Part shown: one piece after another, positions 55,950 through 64,000 of the stretch
Layout of the letters: each line of letters opens with the position of its first letter
Numbering within the stretch: position 1 is the stretch's first letter
Source: Lytechinus pictus
Lineage: Eukaryota
Direction of reading: 5' to 3'
DNA length: 64,000 nucleotides
NCBI RefSeq assembly: GCF_037042905.1
Contig: NC_087245.1
Span: forward strand, 5,520,001 to 5,584,000
Translations under genes and position numbers: made by a program
The notes under the pieces: model-generated
Seen by the model: only the letters and a program-made list of their open reading frames with translations
Told to the model about the DNA's origin: nothing
The model's database searches: none

Positions 55950-58900
55950 TGTCTGCTGTCGTCAGCATCTGAGGACAATGATCTCAACATATTTATCATT
56001 TCAATCATGGATGAAGGAAGAAAAAGAATATGAAGAATAAACTTCCTGTGATACATCGGCAATTGGTGCTGCAATGGGTAACATTTCCCCCCTCTATCAC
56101 CTCCGTTGATTCTGGGCTACTTTCTGGTGTTTCAAGAGGAGCTGCCATACAGATATGTATAATGTCTTAGTGAGAATGTTTACTTCTTGTTGGATCATTC
56201 TTGTGTCAGGTAAGGGAATAAAAATATTGATGGAACTCATAGTTCATGATGGACCATCATCACACGCTTCATCCGTTCTATGCTTTGTAAGAAATATATT
56301 TAGTCCTTTGTACATCATTAATTATTAATTAGTTGGCAACACAGTCGTAAGATGTTTTTTTAGAGTTTCCCCATTATTTAGAATTGTCTATTAAGTTCAT
56401 TTTAGAGCTTAACTAATATTCATATATCTAGATTGTCAAATGTTCAGGTTGAAATGAACATAGTAATACAGATATAACTGCATAATAAATTGCTTGTTGA
56501 AACATTTTCTATCAATGATTTTTTCCTTACAAAATGGAATCTGAATATGCTCTAATTGCTCCATATATGCACATGGTCAGTGGGAATAATCCATAGAGGC
56601 CAAGATAAATCCGCTTTCACTCTTCAAATTGGCAAGAAATGTACATACATTCTCATTCTGTGAAGAAATTAAATATGGATATAACATGAGTCAAATGAGT
56701 AGTGTTAAAAAAAAAGTTGCCAATTTGGATTTTATACAGTGATTATGTTTTTCCCATTTTTTATATTGCCAATTTAATGTGTGCAATGCTTATCTTAATT
56801 TAAAGAACTTTTATTCCGGAATGGTGTTGCATACTGGACTGAAAATGGTATCAAGTTCCCAGTACATTATTCTCTTTCCAGTCATAATTCATGTGTGATT
56901 GCTAGGATAGAGTTTAACTTTGAACATGAGTGTCTTCTTGAAACACATCTCTATGGGTTCAAAGGGACCCTCAAATAAATGATCTTAGACACTGGAGGCA
57001 TTTTTGTTTACTGATATGAAAAGAATTGTAGACCAATCAAATTCTAGAAAAATTGTGAAAAAATGAGATTGTCGCACAACTGTGGAAAAAATTTATTTGA
57101 GGTAGGATGCATATAATCGGTGTAATCTAACACTCAAGTTGTGAACACTTAACGATATTTTATGAACAATGCTTTAAGTTTATACCTTGTGAGCTTATAC
57201 CCTGTATCCACAGAATACAATTTCCTTTCTAAACTAGGAGATGAAGTTCAAGAGATAATATACCACATAATAGCATTGGTTAGTTTGACACAAGCTGGGT
57301 ATCAGTAATTGCTTTGGGTACCTCTTGATAAAAATTGTTATGAGAGCAAACTTTTAACTGTTTGTGGCTTTTAGATTGACCAATATTTTATCCAGATTCG
57401 AACTTGAGTTATTGTCAGTTGTCTCAATTTTATTCGTCTTTAGTTTTGTCATGGTCTAGGCATAGTCTTCAGTTTCACAAACTTCAGAGTCATATTCAGT
57501 ATAAATAGTGAGACACTTAAAATGAAAAATAAAAGTAAGAGCATGAAAATCCATATTAAAAATATCACAAACTTACACAAAGCAGGCATTGGCTTTGTTC
57601 CATTACACTTCTTTTGACATTTAAATCTCAACTGCTCATATATGAGCCCATTCATGGAAAGTGACTTTGTGGAACTTATATATATACAATGTAATGTGTG
57701 AAACTGCATTTACATGTAGTTTGCACGCTGTCATTTCATAGATTCTTTATTCGAAACATTACCGCAAATAGAAACCTAGTGTTACGTTGTTAATATAAGC
57801 GCACCTAGAAAGGTGGATATGTGCGCTATACAAATCCTGTATTTATTTTTTAAATTTTCAAACTTTGATTTGTGATGTTTATATATCAGAGGTGACAGTT
57901 TATCCTTGGTTTTACCTGAATCATGCATATTATCTTCTTAAACATTTGGCAATGATTGAACAGTTTGAATTAAGATGAAATCTTTCATTTTTATTTGAAA
58001 AGTGATTTAGCGCATCTGCATAATTTACATGTACTTCCTCATGAAATCAGCAGTTTTTCATAAGATATTGCATTTGTTTTTTGTGCAATGAAATAAGACA
58101 CAAGAACCCCTTAATGTCTAAGCAGAGTTCTGTTTTGACTTCATACTTATTATTGGTAGACATAGAGATGTGGATATAGTTAACCAAAACAAACACTGCT
58201 TACAGTTTAAACATGCAAAGGTTTTATGATTAATACCAATTTGCTTGATAAGCATTTTTGTTCAAAGCATATTAACTGATAAATAGATATTATTTACGAG
58301 TATTTGTGTGACATGTTACAGGTGTATGGTTTATATATAAACATTGAATGATTTGAAGCAAGTTCTGTAAAGGGATTCTTGGATTTGTCAAATAAATATC
58401 TATTATGCTTTTGTAAACTTGTATTTTGTTTATCAAACAAACCTGCTTTATATAATTCATAATATGTTGGACAATATTTGTATTTTTATCTATCAAATGG
58501 TTATCAATTTCTTTGTATCAAGCCAGCTTAATATTTTCTTTCTATTGCATAATTGCAAAATTTCATTTACTTACTTAGTACAATGTCAAGTCAAATGTTT
58601 CACTTTTATAGAGGTGTTGTGAATATATTAGACCCTTTTCGCTCCATTACGGAAACAGACTTTTACGACGCTAGTTGACTTTGGAAGAGCCTTTTAGCCC
58701 CGTCGTAAAAAACTGTCCTACAACTCAATTTGCATGACATGTAAAAATTTTGACTTTCGCAATTGCAGCGGGGGACATTAGATCTGCGGTTCGTGTGCAA
58801 AATTCTAATTGCTATTATGGTAACAAAAGACATCTCCGAATTGGGACAAGTTTTTAGAGCCACATGATAGAGAGTGCCTCTGTAATATGGAAGCAACAGT

Positions 58901-59674
58901 CAATTAGCGCGCCTCTAGATAAATTCTTATATTATTGCACTCTGTATAGGTAACCTATGGCCTAAAATAAATTCTTGATTTCCCCATCAAAACAAGGTTT
59001 TCATTGAAATAAAGGTCTGATGTGGATTCAGCTTTTAAAATCTCATAATCATCACCACCTCAGAATAATTTCTTCACAATGTAAAAATAATTTGAAACCT
59101 AATCCCTCATTTCGGGGGATAGTAAAACATAATGCACACTTGGCATATGTCATTAACTTTGTGCAAGATGGGGGGGGGGGGTGTTGTCGTTTGTGTAGGA
59201 GGAGCCAGCAAAAGAAAAAAAAATCCAGATGGATTTTGAGACAAATTTTGCTGTGTAGATATCAACGTTTGACTCATGGATTTACTTGCCAGCGATCCAC
59301 TAATAATACACGTTAGATGCATTTAATGATATATATCCAAGCCTTAATTCAGTAAGTTTTTTTCTCCCTTAATATGTACTTGATTTATTTGAAGAACCAC
59401 TTCTTATCAATGCCATGATACACCACTTCTCATGACATGTCTAGCCCAGTGGAGTGGCGGGATTGCTATGCTGATCAGTCCTACGTGAAAGCACAGGATT
59501 TTCTCATGTCACAACTTGCAAAAATGGTGTCGCATGCCGTGATCTAGACATGTCGCTGTTACCATACATATAGTATTAACAAGAATTTTGCACACGATCT
59601 ATAAATGTTGTGTTGTTGATGTGAAAACACCAGATTATGTCCATTTCAGAGGCTCATACAGAAGATTGTGCAAT

Positions 59675-59935
59675 GTTCAAACAAGTGGATCTGACTCACA
59701 CATTTGAAATTGAGGGTAGTCGGTTCATATCCCAGCCATGATTAAATTTCCGTCAGCAAGAAATTGATCCACAATTTGCTGCACTCAACCCAGGTTAGGT
59801 AATTGGGTATTGGCAGGAAGTAATTCCTCTAGAAGCTTCGAGCACTGGGAACGGCAGCTAGCTAGCTGGGGTAATACAGGAGTGCCTTGAGCACCTAAAA
59901 AGGTAGATGTGTGCCCAATGTGAATATTCTATTAT
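59675..59935 (+). mobile_element. Older copy of the tRNA-derived SINE family (see 49424-49689)
   Basis: Colinear: ATCCCAGCCATG, CAGCAAGAAA, TGCTGCACTCAACCCAGG, GGAAGTAATTCCT, GCCTTGAGCACCTAA. A tail-only remnant lies near 57797-57850. Confidence 0.85.
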
Positions 59936-62089
59936 TGATTCTTTTGAAATTTAGTAAAAATATATTATTTATGTGAAGTAGTACTTTCTGAAGCTGCAAA
60001 TGTATCAAAATTTTCAAACAAAGTGACAGCAGTCATTTCATTTGTCATTCTTATTCAGATTTTATAATTTGACATACCCTATTCTGGCATATAAAAGCAA
60101 TGCCACTACATAATCAATCTTCCTTAAATCATATACAGGTGAGTCTTTTTAATTTAAGTCTCTTAAGACAATGGAAATCTGTTTGACAGGCAAATTTGAC
60201 AGCTTTGCATAATCAGGGAGGTGTCTCAAAAAGATTTAAGGGTTACTGGAAGTTGCACTTATACTCCCAGCTGCATAGTATAAATCTCACTGCATTGGTC
60301 GTATCATGTGATGATACCGCATGGAGCCTTCCTCAGTGTTGTGACCTGATTTCACCTCAGTGATCAATAATTGGGCCAGAGATATAATTAGATATAATGA
60401 CCATATGAGGCACTTAGACTCGTAAGTCACACTGTACTCAATGTGAAACATCCCTTGTCTGAATACTTGGTCATTAGACTTCAAGAATATCAACTTTAGG
60501 AAGACTTGACAGTTTATTTCTTCTTTTTTTAGAAGTATATTTTTTATTGTTATATCATACTTTGTGAAATATCATTAAAATTTATGTTCTTATTGAAATA
60601 GTGATACCATGTGAAAAAGTATGTGGCAACGAATTTGAGGAGGAAAATGGGTGGTGGGGGGGGGGGGTGATCAGTTCATGTGTGTTCAGTTGGTACATCT
60701 TCAGTGAAATAAATACATAATTGCAGCAATGATGTGAAAGCTATTATATTGGAATCGTTCTGACTGGGGTTATTAAAGGTTAAGACAATTTAAATTTGTA
60801 ATGGAGTCTTGTAATCTATCTTGTACATAGTGAATAACAAAGAAAGTGTATCATAAGGTAGTAACTCCAGATTTTTTGTACATTGTGAAATTAAAGTATC
60901 ATCTAGTGTATTTATTCAAATTTATTTTTAAAGGGTTAACATTTGTTTGGTATCCTCTCTCCTTGTCAAGAGGTGAAGGACGGCAGCCAGTTAACTAATT
61001 TGTGTATTCTGAAAACATGTGCAAAAGTTTACTCTTGAAAATCTGGCTTTGTCTTATTTTACCGAGAACAATGAATCTGAATTCCAAAGCACAAGTACAT
61101 GCAGATGTAGTTTTGATGCAATGTATGCCTATATAGTTAAAAAAGATATGTCAGTTGGATTGTAATTTAATTCATATATGGAATAAATCTATAAAATGTT
61201 AAAACAAACATTTTCTCCCATTTGTGTTAATGATGCCTGCTATTTTCCATGCTATTTATACATACATACATACAAACCCTTGGGAGTGTTTTTTTTTAGG
61301 AGAAGGAGGAGGAGAGGGGGGGGGGGGGGAGAGGATCGAGGAAAAATAGAAAGATGAAGGAGAAAGGGAGGAGTATCCATTTCCTATTAATATCACCGTA
61401 TCTTCTCCCATTTTGCCACCTCATCAAAGAAATTAATTGGGAACAAATATTTCACCACATCCATGTACATTTATTGCCTTTTCTTACTTTTTTGCTAATC
61501 TTTCATAAAATTCACATATATATCAACTACTCATCTTTCACCAAATATACACATAAAACGACATAAATATGTAATCAGACTGTATTTATTGCACAAAATA
61601 ATGCATGCCCTCGTCTTCTTGAGAATAGTACAAGGAAATAAAAGGATTTGACCGTGTGATTTGGCACTCTTAATTTCGCGAAAACAGTTATTTATGCACA
61701 ACGCGGTAATATGCATATGAAAGAGACAATGATGTCATTCACTATATCTTTTTGTATTCTATTACATGAAATGTATTTTTTATTAAACATCTTGCAGATT
61801 TGATAACACTGAAGCATCTTCATTTATATTGAATCATGTTTGTTGTAACAATGGCATACAAAAGAAATAGTGACATCACAGTCTCTCTCATTGGTATGTG
61901 TTGTACACAGTCATGTAATGAGCCAAAAATTCGGGTGGCGGGCAGGCATGGCGTATGTGGGAAAAATTTCAATTTTTTTTTTTTTTATATCACAAAGAAT
62001 TAAACCGAACCCATCAAAAGGGCTGAAAGAATGACATTTACTTACGTTAACCAAAGAATTGAGGAAATTGCAATTTTAATCGTGAACTG

Positions 62090-62454
62090 TTATACTAATT
62101 TTGATAAACCAGAGTATGACAAATCCACATCTAAATATCCATTTTCGCGGAGTACTTTCGAAGTTGATTTCACATGCATGTCAATTATTGCTTTGTGTTT
62201 GTTCGTATAAGGGTCAAAAGTCCTATTACTTTCCACTTTCTGACGATGAAAATTTCCTTCTGGATGTGCCACCATGCAGTCTAGTCTGTGATCGTCGATG
62301 GGAACGTGTAAGAATTGGAGGATTCTCACTATCTCCTGACGGAGGTGGGATTGAAGTCGTTCGAAGTATACGACCATGACGTTGGTACGGGTAACCCAAG
62401 TTACGATGCGTTCTTCCCACGCGATGGATGCACTCTCGACAAATGCGTCCCAAT
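62090..62454 (-). CDS. WSCD-family (sialate O-sulfotransferase-like) protein, last exon
   Basis: aaaacag|ATTGGGAC; (D)WDAFVES...VVYFERLQSHLRQEIVRILQFL...RLDCMVAHPEGNFHR...FDPYT...*, resembling the WSCD1/2 C-terminal sulfotransferase domain. Confidence 0.85.
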
Positions 62455-63196
62455 CTGTTTTGGATGTGAAAGAAAGAGGGATGAAAAAATTAAGGATGGG
62501 GGGGGGGGTTGAAATGATGTAAGTTTGTGCATACGCGGATCCGGGGAGGGGTGGCGGTCCCCTATTGACTGCGCACAAAAAATAAGAACAAACTAAAACA
62601 AATTAAATGACAGGATAAAAAGAAAGAAAAAAAGATAAGAGGAATAAAATTAAGTGAATGAAATTAGGGAATTGGAATGATTGGAAAATATAAAAAACTT
62701 TAAGATAACTAAAAATATCACTCGTGCTTTTGGCTCCTATTACCCATAAAACATGTAGCCTATTCGCTGAATATATACGTGAATATATAGGCCTAACGTT
62801 TACAAGTCAAAGTACCAAAAATTGTCTGCTCGTGATTCGATATTTCATTTATCAAGCGAGATTCACATACTGTTCATGCGATTGCAGCGGTGCTGAATAA
62901 AATTATTTCAGCTCGCGCTTCGCGCTCGCATTATTTGATTAGATAGATACCTATCCTCTTCCTGATGAAATACAAGGGCGGTGCCTGAGTATTTTGACAT
63001 TGGACATGATCGATGAATTATAGTGTCTCTTTTTTTATTATTGTATTTATTCTTTCTCCTAGTTTACACCGTTTTTATATATTATTTTACATAGTATTTT
63101 GATTTCATATACTTAAAACATAACGAGGTATAGTTGTCCCCTGTCACACTCTCTTCGACCCTGTTATCAAATATCAAGTTCGTTTATTGTACTCAC

Positions 63197-63400
63197 CAGA
63201 AGAAAAGAAGTATTGATGAGATGCCAATCCCGTATGACCAGCGCTCACTAAGTTTGCGTAAGCAAGTAAAGTATCATATGGGTTTCGGACTATGAGAACT
63301 GCTCCCTCAAATAGATTCGTTGTCGGTGATGATCCCATATCATGTGTTTTAACTATGATTGTCTTCCCACTCGTATAACGCGCGTACTCTCCTTTAAAAC
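63197..63400 (-). CDS. WSCD-family sulfotransferase-like protein, penultimate exon; gene continues beyond the window
   Basis: cactag|GTTTTAAA...TCTTCTG|gtgagt; GFKGE...IIVKTH...AVLIVRNPYDTLLA (3'-phosphate-binding motif)...GHTG. Confidence 0.85.
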
Positions 63401-64000
63401 CTAGTGATATCACAAAAAATGAAATTGAAGCATGCAGTTTATATTTGGATAAAGGATAGTTAGAATGTTCATTTTTATGAAATTCATTTTTAAAATTCAA
63501 ATTCAATTAATGTATATGCAGTCAGTCACGACAAGACCTGGCAAGATCATAATTAAAGTCACATAATTATTTTGATAAAGTAGTTACACCATAAAGTTCT
63601 TTCTTCTTCTCTCGCTCAGCTCGCTTGCAAAATATACACATACATGTATGTATGTTTTTTAAGGTATGTGCATGCAGCGAGAAAGGTTAAATTATAGTAT
63701 AGGCGTACACCATGTACACACTTTGTTCGTTCTATGCTCTCGCTCGTATATAATCACAGAAAAAATAAAATCCATCTAGCGAGGTGATTAAAGAGTACAC
63801 GATAGTAATTCCATTTTATTTCATTGAATAATGTAGGCCTGTAGGCAGGGGTGTCGATCCATTTTTCAGATGGGGGGGGGGGGCAAAATCATGAATCAAC
63901 GTTCCAAAGGTGCTCGATCACACAAAACAAACAAACCCACCCACACACACACATCTCACCAACAAATTAATGCGAGCGCGAGCTGAAAACTGGAAAAACG

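Noticed and set aside
55950..62089. Defined 3' ends or overlap of STAM and WSCD-like transcripts
   Set aside because: Many AATAAA hexamers occur in this AT-rich DNA; the ends cannot be assigned without transcript data.

Overview
AT-rich, intron-rich animal genomic DNA with many repeats. The repeat landscape suggests an echinoderm, probably a sea urchin; this is inference and not verifiable here. The window holds three protein-coding genes. (1) The 3' part of a spliced coiled-coil + BEN-domain gene (+, 1383-5595), which may lie inside a large CACTA/EnSpm-like element ending at 9200. (2) A complete 13-exon STAM gene (ESCRT-0 subunit; +, 20113-55949; 591 aa as assembled by hand; VHS-UIM-SH3-GAT/coiled coil-P/Q tail), whose 17.9-kb first intron is filled with nested DNA transposons. 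(3) The last two exons of a convergent WSCD-family sulfotransferase-like gene (-, 63400-62090). Main mobile DNA: an apparently intact, intron-containing hAT transposase element (23901-27037) nested in a 6.8-kb non-autonomous hAT-like element; a 6.3-kb foldback structure (12837-19180) with minisatellite-filled arms just upstream of STAM; two fully palindromic elements with 9-bp TSDs; an L2 fragment and SINEs with a similar 3' tail; and many MITEs. The most unusual items are a 450-bp insertion carrying a tRNA-Ala-like unit between 112-bp direct repeats with a 13-bp TSD (7161-7610, with an architecturally similar element at 45931-46283), and an antisense copy of the BEN exon just after the BEN gene's stop codon. 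All coordinates and alignments were read by eye; no searches were run.
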